The notes below the pieces were generated by a model, which was given only the letters and a program-made list of their open reading frames with translations, was not told where the DNA came from and made no database searches. DNA of 64,000 nucleotides from Octopus sinensis (taxonomy: Eukaryota): NCBI RefSeq assembly GCF_006345805.1, contig NC_043002.1, forward strand, positions 111,786,001 through 111,850,000. The letters are read 5' to 3'. Position 1 is the first letter of the stretch, and every line of letters starts with the position of its first letter. Shown piece after piece: positions 1 through 12,669 of this stretch. A program made the position numbers and the translations under genes.

Positions 1-445
1 GTGTATGTATTATGTATGTATGTATGTATGTATGTATGTATGTATGTATGTATGTGTGTGTATGTGTGTATGTATGTATGTATGTATGTATGTATGTATG
101 TATGTATGCATGTATGTATGTATGTGGTGTATGTATGTATGTATGTATGTATGTATGCATGCATGTATGTAGTATGTATGTATGTATGTATGTATGTGTG
201 TATGTATGTATGTGTGTATGTATGTATGTATGTATGTATGCATGTATGTATGCATGCATGTATGTATGTATGTGTGTATGTATGTATGTATGTATGTATG
301 CATGCATGTATGTATGTATGTGTGTGTGTATGTATGTATGTATGTGTGTATGTATGTATGTGTGTATGTATGTATGTATGTGTGTGTGTATGTATGTATG
401 TATGTATGTATGTATGTATGTATGCATGTGTGTGTATATGTATAA
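1..445. repeat. (TATG)n compound microsatellite
   Basis: Direct tandem TATG/TGTG units; source of the spurious MYVC ORFs. Confidence 0.98.
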
Positions 446-1590
446 CTGACTTCCACACAGTCCCCGTCAACCAAATTCACTAAGTCATTTGTGAACCTAT
501 GCATTTAGTAGAAGGTACTAGCGCATGATGTTACGCAATAGGATCGAACCTGTAATTATGTGATTGCAAAGTAAACTCCTTAACTACACAGCCATCATAA
601 ACGTAGCACTAATTCCACAAAATATAAAATTTCTTGTATAGACATTTTGCTTTCTTGTGTAGATATGATAATGTGTGAATTGACGATCACCCTAAAACAT
701 TATCATGTTTATTTTAGTCGCATAAGCATGTATATAAACATGATAGACATAGATGTGTGTCCGTTTGTCTGTCCTTGTTTGTCCCCTCTATGTCTAGCCC
801 CTTGTGGGCAATAAAGAAACAGATATAAATGTGTGTGTGTGCGTGTGCGTGACTGCATGTCTCATGGAATCATGGATTGGCACCTAGAAAGTTCTCTTCC
901 AAAGCACTGGAGGCAAGAGTCTATGTAAAACCAGCAATTACCTGTGTATGCAACCGTTGCGTTCTATGTCACCGATATTGTCCAAGAATAAAAGCAAGAG
1001 CTAGTACTTTGTTTATCGACGCCGAAAGGGTGAAAAGTTATTTGTTGACCTCTGTTGGATTTGAACTCAGAACACCGAGAGCCGGAATAAATACCGTAAG
1101 TTATTCTATATGCCGCTGTAACCATCCTGCCTTGTAACTATCTGTGCCTATAAGCATTAGTAACCAGTTATAATGATGAGAAACACACGTAATTGGAGCT
1201 ATAGCGGTTATCATGCCTGCAACTACAGCAGTGGATATACGCAAAAGATATAACAAACAAAGAATAATGAGATTGGAGCTCATATAAACATGAAGACTTC
1301 TCTAATATCACGGGACAACGCCAAAAGTATATCAGTGCATCTTAGGATCGGCCGAGGTAAATGTCACGAAAATTTTATTTCCTGCTTGTGCTCCACTATC
1401 TCAGTCAATCCTTCCTCACGTCTCTCACTTTCGCTCTTTGTCTTTTTTTTCTTATTTCTTTCAAAGTATGTATCCTGTTTGCTTTGCTTTTGTTTCTGTT
1501 TTACTATATTTCTATTAACCAGCTTTTCCCTCCATCCATTCACCATCTAGATATCTACATATCAATGTATCTGCCTATCTCTCTACCTAA

Positions 1591-1705
<115 letters not shown>

Positions 1706-2641
1706 TATCTTTCTAGCAATCTGCCAGTCAATTTTTTCTATCTACCCTTTTCTGTATCCACCTTCTATCTACGAGCACCGACCTAGGGTAGCTCGCTTCA
1801 CGGCCATCTGAGTTTATGTTCGATCTCACAGAGAGACAACTATGGCAGGAATTTCTTTTTCACTTTTCCTGCGGACCAATAATTTGTGATTGGAATTTGA
1901 CAGAAGAAAGTTGCACCAAAAGTACAACTGAAAGTATAACAAATGTCGGATGTCGCGCTTCAATTCTAAATAAAGAATATAACTGTATATTATATATATA
2001 TATTTGTGTGTGTATATAATATATATATCTCCCTTTCTCTTGCTCCTCCTCCTCCCTCCCGTCGTTGACCCGCGACCAGAGCTCTGCTACTGTCTTTCTA
2101 ACCTGGCTTCCTTGAAGTGTTGACGGCATTTTCTGTTGCTCCTTCGCCGTTCTCAAAAATAGCGTTCGTAATACTTTTTCTCGTTCGGCTTAACAGCCCT
2201 TCTTGTCTTGTTATTCTCCTTGTCCTCTCTTTTGCTGTTTATATTTTGTACTGTCGTTACTGTCCTGTTTTTGTTACCATTTTTACCCCTCCGCAAAAAG
2301 ATCTCAAATTTTATTTAATTTGCTTTTCGCGGGAAGGAAAGTTTCTATCGAAGATGCGTATCGCCTTCACCTTCGAAACGCAGAGTAGATGAAACCATGG
2401 CGACTGAAGAAGGGGAATTTTCCTTGTGTTATTTGTCCTGTACTCTATTTTTTCGTTGTTTAAGAAAAATGTCCAGTTCCTTGGTTTTGTGTTTGTTTTC
2501 GTTTCTCATTGTGTTCGACGTTTTGTTTGTGTCCTGTACCCATATATGCATGTATATATACATGTAGAGGTAGGTACGTACATATATGTATGTATATATG
2601 CATATGTTTTATTTATTAATTTATAATATATAATATTAAAT

Positions 2642-2698
<57 letters not shown>

Positions 2699-2796
2699 AT
2701 ATATATAGGGTATTACATTTTTACAAATTTATTACTAGTGGCCTAGCATGCATAAAAAGTCAATAGACTACTTATTATTCAATATAAAATAGTGTA

Positions 2797-3021
2797 CATG
2801 TAAAACACAAAGAGAAATTACCAATAACAGGCAATTTCTACACGCTAGGAGACAGTCAAAAACGACTGAAGACCACAGAAAAAGTTAAGCAATTTCAAAG
2901 TTTTTATTTTTCATTCTCTTTGAAATTGCTTAAATTTTTCAGTGGTCTTCAGTCGTTTTTGACTGTCTCCTAGCGTGTAGAAATTGCTTGCTATTGGTAA
3001 TTTCTCTTTGCGTTTTAAATG
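2797..3021. mobile_element. Fold-back MITE (Tc1/mariner-type, TA-flanked)
   Basis: 108-bp inverted arms (2793-2900 and 2918-3025) with 6 mismatches by manual alignment and a 17-nt loop; TA at 2795-2796 and 3022-3023 flanks CATG...AATG ends. Confidence 0.7.
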
Positions 3022-3025
3022 TACA

Positions 3026-3056
<31 letters not shown>

Positions 3057-3182
3057 CTGTCTGCATCAATATCTAACGATTTGTCTGTGTATGTGTATGT
3101 GTATGCACATACATATATATGTATGCATATATGTATGTATGCATATATGTATGTATGCATGTATGTATACAGGTATGGTGGT

Positions 3183-3565
3183 GGAGGTGCAATGGCCCAA
3201 TGGTTAGGGCAGCGGACTCGCGGTCATAGGATCGCGGTTTCGATTCCCAGACCGGGCGTTGTGAGTGTTTATTGAGCGAAAACACCTAAAAGCTCCACGA
3301 GGCTCCGGCAGGGGATGGTGGTGATCCCTGCTGTACTCTTTCACCACAACTTTCTCTCACTCTTACTTCCTGTTTCTGTTGTACCTGTATTTGAAAGGCC
3401 CGGCCTTGTCACTCTCTGTGTCACGCTGAATATCCCGAGAACTACGTTAAGGGTGCACGTGTCTGTGGAGTGCTCAGCCACTTACACGTTAATTTCACGA
3501 GCAGGCTGTTCCGTTGATTCGGATCAACCGGAAACCTCATCGTCGTAACCGACGGAGTGCTTCCA
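3183..3565 (+). mobile_element. tRNA-derived SINE family A
   Basis: Head GGAGG(C/T)GCAATGGCCCA(G/A)TGGTTAGGGCAGCGGACTC with A box and GTTTCGATTCC B box; body and tail (...CCGACGGAGTGCTTCCA) match nine other copies in the window. Confidence 0.92.
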
Positions 3566-3907
3566 CATCTCCTACCACTATATATCTATTTTTCGGCCCA
3601 GCTTCCCAGCTAGCCACCTACCTCTTACCACCACTCGTCTATTCATCTAAGAGTCTGTCCGCTAAATTAGGTGAACTTTTTTTGATATCGGATAAAACAG
3701 TATAATGCAACGAGGCTTTACAAACAATTTTTAGTTTGAAAAAGAAAACTAATTAAATGTTGTTTATTTTTCTCTGATGGAAAACAAACTTGAATTGGAA
3801 TACTTCTAAAGAAAATAGAAAAAGATACAAAAAAATGAATTACTATAAATCTTGCCACCTATTAAATTTTCCCTGGTAATATATGATGACGGTGCAGATT
3901 AACGTTA

Positions 3908-3983
3908 CTCTAGTAGTAGTAGTAGTAGTAGTAGTAGTAGCAGCAGCAGCAGCAGCAGCAGCAGTACCAGTAGTTGTAGTAGT

Positions 3984-4019
<36 letters not shown>

Positions 4020-4110
4020 CAGTACCAGTAGTTGTAGTAGTAAGAAGTAGTAGTAGTAGTAGTAGTAGCAGCAGCAGCAGTAGCAGTACCAGTAGTTGTA
4101 GTAGTAAGTG

Positions 4111-4152
<42 letters not shown>

Positions 4153-4153
4153 A
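3908..4153. repeat. (TAG/CAG)n microsatellite with about 60-bp higher-order unit
   Basis: GCAGTACCAGTAGTTGTAGTAGTAAG recurs three times (near 3961, 4019, 4083). Confidence 0.9.
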
Positions 4154-4185
4154 TAGCGCGCATATGCACAAATAGACATGTATAC

Positions 4186-4423
4186 CAGTGGTTCTTAACC
4201 CCTTTTGCCTCTGGTCCCCTTTGATTTCTATTTCACTCAGGGGTGGGGTACCCTCATGGCCATTCAAGGTCTAAAAACACGCATTATATTTTTATGTCTA
4301 AACATTATTAGGAATTGTATTTAAAGATGTTTAAATATTTTGTGTATTGTTGAAATATAACCATTTTTTTGCTCATAAACTTCAGCAACAAAATCTTATC
4401 TGGACCTCTGTTGAGAACCACTG
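4186..4423. mobile_element. hAT/Charlie-type MITE
   Basis: TIRs CAGTGGTTCTTAAC / GTTGAGAACCACTG; degenerate 8-bp TSD ATGTATAC / ATGTACGC. Confidence 0.75.
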
Positions 4424-4854
4424 ATGTACGCGAACTTACACATACAAACGCGATATACATATATATACACATGCTCTCATACATACATATACACACAGAT
4501 ATGTATGTCATTGTTCAGTTTTATTTCAAGATTTCTTGCCAATGGAGAAAGAACCGGTTTTAAACCTAAATCCAAGGTTCATTCATTGGAATTTCAACAT
4601 CAACAACAGGGTATTTTTGTTTTTATGTATGTATGTATGAATGTGTGTATGTATGTATGTATGTATGTATGTATGTATGTGTGTATGTATGTATGTATGT
4701 ATGTATGTATGTATGTATGTATGTATGTATGTATGTATGTGGATTTGGTAGACGGAGACTGAAAGAAGCTCGTCGTATTGTGTGTATATTTGTGTGTGTG
4801 TGTCTTTGTGTATTTGTTTATACCCCAACACCGCTTGACAACCGGTGCTAATTT

Positions 4855-5348
4855 GTTTCTGTCCCTTTTACAAGCAGTTCGGATGAAACTTTCAGAGATG
4901 TTTCTTCTCATGACTGACACGAACTGATTAGATTTTGGGATCGATCCGGTACCGTACAAGGATTCTGGATTATTTGTCATATTTACCTAACTTTACATGA
5001 TTACAATCTTACGTTAACTTTCAAGTCTTTTCCAATTATCTCCTTGTGGACTATAACTATTTTGAATGGTTAATTTGTTAACTTTGGCTTGTATTAGATA
5101 AGGATAAACTATTTATTACTGGTGCTAAATTTTCTACAGCCACCATTAGGACCGATCAGGTACCAGACAAGGATTCTGGATTATTTTTCAGTTTTTTTTA
5201 CTTAATTTTTGAGTGGTCGGGTTCATTTTTAGTATTCTCGTTTGTGAGAGCAGTCGAGTTTATTCCAGATATTCTCAATTTAAAAATCATCTCTGGCTAA
5301 TCGTTGGTGTTGCCTTGGCAGAGGTTTGCGCTCTCTGAGCGCTCTTGT
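4855..5348 (+). mobile_element. Helentron-like non-autonomous element, 3' part
   Basis: Sub-terminal CCTTGGCAGAGG followed by hairpin GCGCTC-TCT-GAGCGC (5328-5342) and T-rich end; internal repeat ACAAGGATTCTGGATTATTT occurs twice. 5' end not found. Confidence 0.5.
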
Positions 5349-5767
5349 TTTGTTCGCATTGATCCTCTTCTCTCCATCTCTTTAACATATTCTAGCCTTA
5401 ATCAAAATTCAGTGTGTTTCTGGGTATGTAGCTGTTCGTATTTGTGTTTATATAGAAGCGTATGTGTATGTCTGTGTGTGAGCATATGTGTGTCTGTTTG
5501 TGTTTTCAAGATGGCCTCTATCAGACAAACCATTACCGCCATCTTCTGTATTCTGACTTTCATAGCTGCAAGGGGTTTAGGTACTCATTGCATCACTTGT
5601 ACTCGCTGACATTTCTCTCATAGACATCCCACTAATCCGCTTGCAATTGACACAGATTTCTACCGCAACAACATCAAACACATATGTGCACCCAGGATAG
5701 TAACATATACAAATTGTACGCACAAACACATACATACGCACGTTTACATATGCATCCAGATATTCAT

Positions 5768-5769
<2 letters not shown>

Positions 5770-5798
<29 letters not shown>

Positions 5799-5851
5799 AA
5801 ATAATAATAATAATAATAATAATAATGATGATGATGATGATGATGATGATG

Positions 5852-5888
<37 letters not shown>

Positions 5889-6133
5889 CAACAATAATAA
5901 CAAGGGGAAGAGGAGGTGGAGAAGTAGTTCTAGTATTTGCCTCAGGAATGTTATACGAAGGGAACATTGGAAACGGAGTTACTTTTAATATAGGGTGGGG
6001 AGAGGGCTACATAAAATCGGATGAGGTAGAAATGGAAAAAAGAGAAAGAGGTGAAAGAAAAACACATGAGATAAAAAGTAGTAGTAGTAGTGGTAGTAGT
6101 AGTAGTATAGTAGTAGTAGTAGTAGTAGTAGTA

Positions 6134-6192
<59 letters not shown>
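5770..6192. repeat. Trinucleotide microsatellite cluster (TAC/TAA/TGA/TAG)
   Basis: Consecutive pure trinucleotide runs. Confidence 0.95.
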
Positions 6193-6193
<1 letters not shown>

Positions 6194-6244
6194 CCTTCGC
6201 TGATAAGTCCAACTTACCTTCTTCAATAATAATAATAATGGATT

Positions 6245-6449
6245 TAAACTTTGGCACGAGGCCAGTAATTTCATGGGAGGAGTGAAGGCGATTACATCGC
6301 CACTCGTGCTCAATTGAGTACTTATCGATCTCGAAAGGATGAAAGACAAAGGCGACCTCGGTGGAATTTGAACTCAAAGAACGTAAAAATAGAGGAAAAT
6401 ACCGCTAAGCATTTCGCCCGGCGTGCTACAACTCTTCCAGCACGCTGCC

Positions 6450-6450
<1 letters not shown>
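6245..6450 (-). mobile_element. SINE family B, alternative-tail subfamily (B2), diverged
   Basis: Reverse-strand tRNA-like head and core GGTCGCCTTTGTCTTTCATCCTTTCGAG; tail ...GGCCTCGTGCC. Confidence 0.7.
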
Positions 6451-6509
<59 letters not shown>

Positions 6510-6704
6510 TAACCCACAAAATTACAAACCGATAACTTGTCTCCCTCCAGTTTACAAACCCTTTACTGCAATAATATCGCAGAGAATGGGCATACATACA
6601 TACATACATATGCATATATATGCATATATATATATATACCTTTGTGGGTAGCAAAGAAATAGGTATTTCGTCTGCCGTTATGGTGTGGAGGCGCAATGGT
6701 CCTG

Positions 6705-6746
<42 letters not shown>

Positions 6747-6783
6747 GACCATTGCGCCTCCACACCATAACGCAGACGAAATA

Positions 6784-7014
6784 CCTATTTCTTTACTACC
6801 CACAAAGGGCTAAACATAGAGGGGACAAACATGGACAGACACACGGATTAAGTCGATTATATCGACCCCAGTGCGTAACTGGTACTTATTTAATCGACCT
6901 CGAAAGGATGAAAGGCAAAGTCGACCTCGGCGGAATTTGAACTCAGAGCGTAACGCAGACGAAATACCGCTAAGCATTTCGCCCGGCGTGCAAACGTTTC
7001 TGCCTGCTCGCCGC
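6784..7014 (-). mobile_element. tRNA-derived SINE family B
   Basis: Head GCGGCGAGC(T/A)GGCAGAAACG...GAGTTCAAATTCCGCC; core GAGGTCGACTTTGCCTTTCATCCTTTCG; tail ...TTGTGGGTAGTAAAGAAATAGG. Confidence 0.92.
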
Positions 7015-7106
<92 letters not shown>

Positions 7107-7153
7107 ATGTATGTATGTATGCATGTATGCATGTATGTATCTATGTACATACT

Positions 7154-7370
7154 CAAGGGGGTGCTGAAAAGTTCCTGGCTTTAGGTAAAAGAAAATCCTG
7201 GAAGATCAGTTAATTATGATTTTCTTCAACATATACTCCTCTCAGATTCACATACTTATTGCAGCGGTCCTCCAATTTTTCGAAGCCCTGAAAAAGAACT
7301 CAGAAAGTTGGGTCTCCAGTCAAGCCTTTCACGACACTCTTGAGGCCAGAAACTTTTCAGCGCCCCCTCA
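7154..7370. mobile_element. Mariner-type MITE
   Basis: Imperfect about 28-bp TIRs CAAGGGGGTGCTGAAAAGTTCCTGGCTT / AGGCCAGAAACTTTTCAGCGCCCCCTCA. Confidence 0.75.
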
Positions 7371-7400
7371 CATGTATGTATACCCCCCCCCACACACACA

Positions 7401-8600
7401 CAGGGTGCCTAGAATTATGCATACATACTTGAAGAGCAGATGAACCTCTAATTTTCATTTGTTTTCAGATTTAACTCATGTGATTTAACTAATGAAGTGA
7501 GCCAGACCAATCTTTGAACAAATGTGCTACTGGAAGTTTGAAAACACAGTTGAAGTGCAAAGACAGTTTACGGAGAAGTTTCAAAAAGATCAACCGTTCC
7601 TATGCTTTTTGCTGATCTTCGTATGACCCAGTCAATCGCCATGAAGAACACGAAGTCTTACATAACACGTCCCTGCATGACTCCAGTTGTAATCTTAAAC
7701 CACCTTGTCTTGTCCTCCTTGTCTAGTACAGTGCATTCGCTGTCGTACATAACCTGCACTATCCTCGTCAGCTTGTCAGGGATCCCATACGATAAGCCGC
7801 AAAAAGAAAGCTAAAGCCGATCAAGACATTTGTCCAACAAATATTTCACATCTTCGGAGGTGAAAACTGGATAATTAGAGATAAGTCTGAAGCAGATGCA
7901 ACTATTTAGAATGCCCTTAAAGAACGCTCAGGAAGACCGTGGGCAGCGACGAGCTACACGAAACAAGAAGAATTACTCGAAACTTATTGCCAGAGTTTAA
8001 GAAAATCTGTGCAGGAACGAGTCGGGAAATAGAAATTTCAGAATCAAGCATCCATCGCATTTTTAAGCATTATCGTTGGAAAAGTTACACTCCAAGAATA
8101 GTCCATGCTCTCAGTTGAGTTGATTTGGGCCGAAAAGTGGTGCTTTGTGAATGGTGTTTGCAATATGTGCGGAAGGTGTATTCTTTCCAAGAAGAATATT
8201 TGGAGTGACATTTGAATTAAGTGGCTCAAATAGCGACCACGATTGTACCTACTGGGGACCTGGGAAACTACATATTACAGAGGGACATCGTGTTCATTTA
8301 CCAGGCGTTACAATATAGTGCAGCTTTTAATCAAAAAGGTTAAGTGGACCATTCTTCTTTGACGGCTTTATAAGAGGTCCCATTTATTTGAACTTGCTTC
8401 CACAATCTGTCAAGAGGATTTTGACGATGTGGAGTTTATTTTTAGCAAGATGGGGTCCTTCCAGACAGCCATAGTAATGTAAGGGTCTACTTTGAGGTTT
8501 ATGGGGATATGTAAAACAAAAGTTTTACGTCACAAAACAAAGAATTGAAGACAGCTATTAAACGATAATTTGCACAAATACCAAATAAGATTTCCTAACG
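7401..8600 (+). pseudogene. Decayed Tc1/mariner-superfamily transposase (DUF4817-type HTH + DDD domain)
   Basis: CAGGGTG start; manual translation across frameshifts gives CYWKFENTVEVQRQF, SIHRIFKHYRWKSYTPRIVHAL, HLPGVTI...GPFFFDG, QDG and WGYVKQKFY. Many stops; right TIR not found. Confidence 0.7.
7599..7799 (-). pseudogene. Internal RTE-type reverse transcriptase fragment nested in the mariner fossil
   Basis: Translates to YGIPDKLTRIVQVMYDSECTVLDKEDKTRWFKITTGVMQGRVM*DFVFFMAIDWVIRR (region of the RT TGVxQG motif). Confidence 0.75.
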
Positions 8601-8881
8601 GAATAGCTTCCTAGTTACAAAAATCAGTGACTTATGACACTATATTTTCTATATATTGCAAGCGAGATTAAACTACTGCCATGCTCGGCAAACGAGCACC
8701 TATCACCGAAGAGATCGAAAAATACCGAAAACACGTGGTTTGGTGGTCCCAAAGCTAGGATGGCAGGAGTTATCATCCGTTAGCAATAAACATCGAGTTC
8801 GGAAAGCGCACTGAATAAACCAGATGAAGATGTCTTCTTGAGATTAAAATTGCAGTACCGACGTCTCTTAGAGAAAACACA

Positions 8882-8931
<50 letters not shown>

Positions 8932-9164
8932 TACATACATATATACAAACACACGCACTCACACATATTTGGTAGATGCACCTATCATCAGAGCATATAC
9001 ATAAGGCATGATGCCAAGATGACTATTTTAAAATTAATGGTGCCTCAATTGCGTCTACTTGACTTTTGTTCCGCCGGATTGCTATTTGCAACATCAGTGA
9101 ATGTTTTCTTCAGTTTCCCAAATTGGAGGCGACGAATTTGCACGTCTACTCGCAGCCAGCAGCA

Positions 9165-9169
<5 letters not shown>

Positions 9170-9195
<26 letters not shown>

Positions 9196-9301
9196 CAGAT
9201 ACACATACTGACACACACACACAGAAACACATACTGACACACAAACACACACACACACAGAAACACATACTGACACACACACAGAAACACATACTGACAC
9301 A

Positions 9302-9343
<42 letters not shown>

Positions 9344-9445
9344 GAAACACATACTGACACACACACAGAAACACATACTGACACACAAACACACACACAC
9401 ACACACACACACAGATACACATACTTACACGCACACACACACACA
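9170..9445. repeat. (CA)n array with CAGAAACACATACTGACACAC minisatellite unit
   Basis: The unit recurs about five times within CA runs. Confidence 0.85.
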
Positions 9446-9517
9446 TGATGCCTGCTTCTGAGCACTTCTTTAACTGTCGAGTAGATGATATCGCAACCAT
9501 TTCTATACCTTACAATA

Positions 9518-9750
9518 CCTATTTCTTTATTACCCACAAGGGGCTAAACACAGAGGGGACAAACAAGGACAGACATAGGTATTAAGTCGATTACATCGAC
9601 CCCAGTGCGCAACTGGTACTTAATTTATCGACCCCGAAAGGATGAGAGGCAAAGTCGACCTCAGCGGAATTTGAACTCACAACGTAACGCAGACGAAATA
9701 CGGCTAAGCATTTCGCCCGGCGTGCTAACGTTTCTGCCAGCTCGCCGCCT
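9518..9750 (-). mobile_element. SINE family B
   Basis: Full head, core and tail; flanking direct repeat TTACAATA. Confidence 0.92.
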
Positions 9751-10245
9751 TACAATAGCAATTCCCTTCCAACGCTGCCAAGTTGCGTTGATACTAGACA
9801 TATACCTAAGCCCGTGTCTCTCGCGTATGCATGTGTTTGCGTGTGTACGTGCGTGAGCGTGCTCGTGTATGTGTGTGTGTGTGTCGAGGAAGATAAACAC
9901 CCACTCATGAAAATGTGTCAGACAGCATAGTTGCTGTCTTTATTCATCCAGTTAAGTCAACACCAAGCTCTAAAGGGAAGACAATCCAGCAAATTAACAC
10001 AACTCATCCCTGTATTCAATTTGAAACCAACAAACGGGAAACTAAACTTGATTAAATAACAAATGGTGATTCATAAAGGAAATGTTATGAATCATGGTTT
10101 GTTGCCATTATTCAGTAGTAAGCATCATTGTCGTCATCGTTGTTGTTGCTGTGTCGACGGTGGTGGTCGCAGCGGCGTCGGCTGCAGTGGCGGTGGGGGC
10201 CGCCGCGGCTTTGGTGCAGTAGAGAAGGAGGAGGCAATGCTAGCG

Positions 10246-10249
<4 letters not shown>

Positions 10250-10335
<86 letters not shown>
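10250..10335. repeat. (TTG)n microsatellite
   Basis: Pure run. Confidence 0.97.
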
Positions 10336-10336
<1 letters not shown>

Positions 10337-10612
10337 GACTTTGGTGAAAGTTAATTAAGCCAACCCATTTCAGCTGTAACTGACCGACATTTTAAGCTTA
10401 TATCCATGATTGCATCATTCAATGTCTCCCTCCTTGTAAGGGGGAAACATTTAGAGGCTTTCTGGCGGGTATAAGCGACCTTGTATAAACTTCTCTATCG
10501 CTCCTCCTAGTGGTTTTGGATCAGTACCCGAATAGATACAGTAATGTTATTCCTACTTACACACCTACACATACGCGCGCACGAGCGAACACGCATGCAC
10601 ACACACATACAC

Positions 10613-12491
10613 TGGCTTTCGTAGGTGGATCTCTGCCATGTACAACGGCATCAAGTCCACAGTCCAGATAAACGGCTACCTAACGGAGCCGTTTTTGATC
10701 AAGTGTTCTGTTCGTCAAGGGTGTCACTTGTCTCCGCTTCTATACGTTTTGGCTCTTGAGCCATTGCTGCGGAAGTTGGAGAAGTTAGGAGGCAACCCTA
10801 ATGAAATCGGATGCGGTCGATCTGTTTCAGCTTATGCGGATAACGTCACCCTCATCGTGTCCAACGAAGCACAGCTACTTCGTGTAGAAGATGCTCTCCG
10901 AAGATACGAAGCGGTGGCAGGGGCAAAAGTTAACAAGGACAAGTCTATCGGTTTGCGCCTCGGCACCTGGAGGAACAAGCTGATATCGTCCAGTGTCGTT
11001 GGACACTAGACAGATGGTCCTGTTAAGATGCTTGGAGTGTGGTTTGGTCCGGACTCCCAGACGGAAAGAATTGGAGTGAGATAGTGGACAAGGTAGAGGC
11101 CATAGTACGGAAGTGGTCCGGAAGGCCTCTGTCCTTGAAGGGCATGGCGGAGGTGGTGCAGGTGTTTATAGCATCGGTTATCACCTAACGCCTGTCCGTT
11201 GTGCCTTGCCCCGATTTTTGGCTAAACAAGCTGGTACAACTCCTCTTCCGCTTTCTGTGGAGAGGGAGAAAGCCACCTGTGAGGCGCTCCGTGTGCTGCC
11301 AGCAACCGCTAATGGGTGGCTTGGGGATGCCCTGGCTAATGATGCGCAGACATGCGTTGAGGCTGAGACATCTCTGGTGCCACCTGGAAGGTGATAAGGT
11401 GTGGAGTCCGTTGGCGGAGGAGTTCTTGCCGCGACCGGCCTCTTTGGAGAGATTTAAACCCAGTTTCATTAAAAGACGTAACCTGACTTTATGGCAGAAT
11501 CCGCAAGACAGGCAAGGCCGGCTGCGGGAATACCACCTCGGTGTTCTATAGAGGGCTGGTAGAGGCTAAAAACGAAGACGTCCTTGGAGGAGCTCTGGGG
11601 TTCGATGAGAACCAACTTGCCAACCTGTTCAAAAAAACTTTCAGGCCGGGCTACTTGGATAACTTCCAAAAATCCCTGACCTGGCAGTGCTACAGGAATG
11701 CATTACCTGTTCGCGATAAGTAATCCAGGCACGGTATGTCAGTGCCACCGACATGTCCAAGATGCGGGTTGGACGTTGAAACCGTTCAGCACGCTTTTGT
11801 AACATGTCGGTAGCTACAAGCTTAATAAGTTACGTAGAACACGTGTTGTCGCATCTGGGACGAGTACACCTATTTCTTTACTACTCACAAGGGGCTAAAC
11901 ATAGAGAGGACAAACAAGGACAGACAAACGGATTAAGTCGATTATATCGATCCCAGTGCGTAACTGGTACTTATTTAATCGACCCCGAAAGGATGAAAGA
12001 CAAAGTCGACCTCGGCGAAATTTGAACTCAGAACGTAGCGGCAGACGAAATACCAGTAAGCATTTCGCCCGGTGTGCTAACGTTTCTGCCAGCTCGCCGC
12101 CTAAAAGATGATACCGCCAACTGGACTCACAAAGGAAGGTAAGGCTTGTTTTTACTGTACGGTTGCAGTATTGAAAGAGTGTGTATGGAGGACTAGAATG
12201 GAAAGTATTGTGACAGGGTCCTTCGTCTCCGGCACCGGTTTGCTATTTTACTTCAGATATCATCTGAAGAGCAAGATGGGGTTGGAGAGGAAGACCCTGC
12301 CATCGAGTGGATATGAAAAACGATGGAAAAACCCAGCTTAATCATCGAAGAAAGGAAAAATTAGTTGCGGGGCCTTATAGGCTGCTGGGTTCAAAGTTTG
12401 AACCTGTATCCTTCCCCTTTTTTCTTTTCAGCTTATGTTATGTTTTCTATTTTCATTAAAAAAAAAAATAAATAAATAAAATAAAATAAAA
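10613..12491 (+). mobile_element. 5'-truncated Tx1/L1-clade LINE ORF2 pseudogene (RT + zinc-finger C-terminus), interrupted by a SINE B
   Basis: SVRQGCHLSPLLYVLALEPLL, AYADNV (YADD-like), CPRCGLDVETVQHAFVTC zinc motif after 11723, C-terminus KECVWRTR...HLKSKMGLER, A-rich tail 12455-12491; stops and frameshifts present. Confidence 0.9.
11868..12102 (-). mobile_element. SINE family B inserted in the Tx1 LINE
   Basis: Complete B copy; the LINE frame resumes after it (RVHL...KMIPP); no TSD visible. Confidence 0.92.
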
Positions 12492-12669
12492 ACACAAAAG
12501 TTCTCGTTGGAAAGGCAAAAGTAAGCTAATTATTCGTTTAAAGGCAAATTTTCCTTTATGTCATATTATAATTAAATTTTATAAAGTCTCATTCGAACTC
12601 ATATGACATTTTTGTATTTGTCTGTCTTGTTATGTCCCTTTGTATGTTAGATCTCATGATCATATAGAT

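Noticed and set aside
2306-2319. CCCCTCCGCAAAAA shared with 61484 and 63885
   Set aside because: A 14-bp match without flanking similarity; consistent with chance.
2340-2420. GAAAC...CTGAAGA arrangement as a possible type II hammerhead
   Set aside because: Stems I and II cannot be paired convincingly.
3908-4153. Regularly spaced 26-bp repeats as a CRISPR-like array
   Set aside because: The spacers are TAG/CAG microsatellite, the context is eukaryotic and there are no cas genes; this is a higher-order microsatellite duplication.
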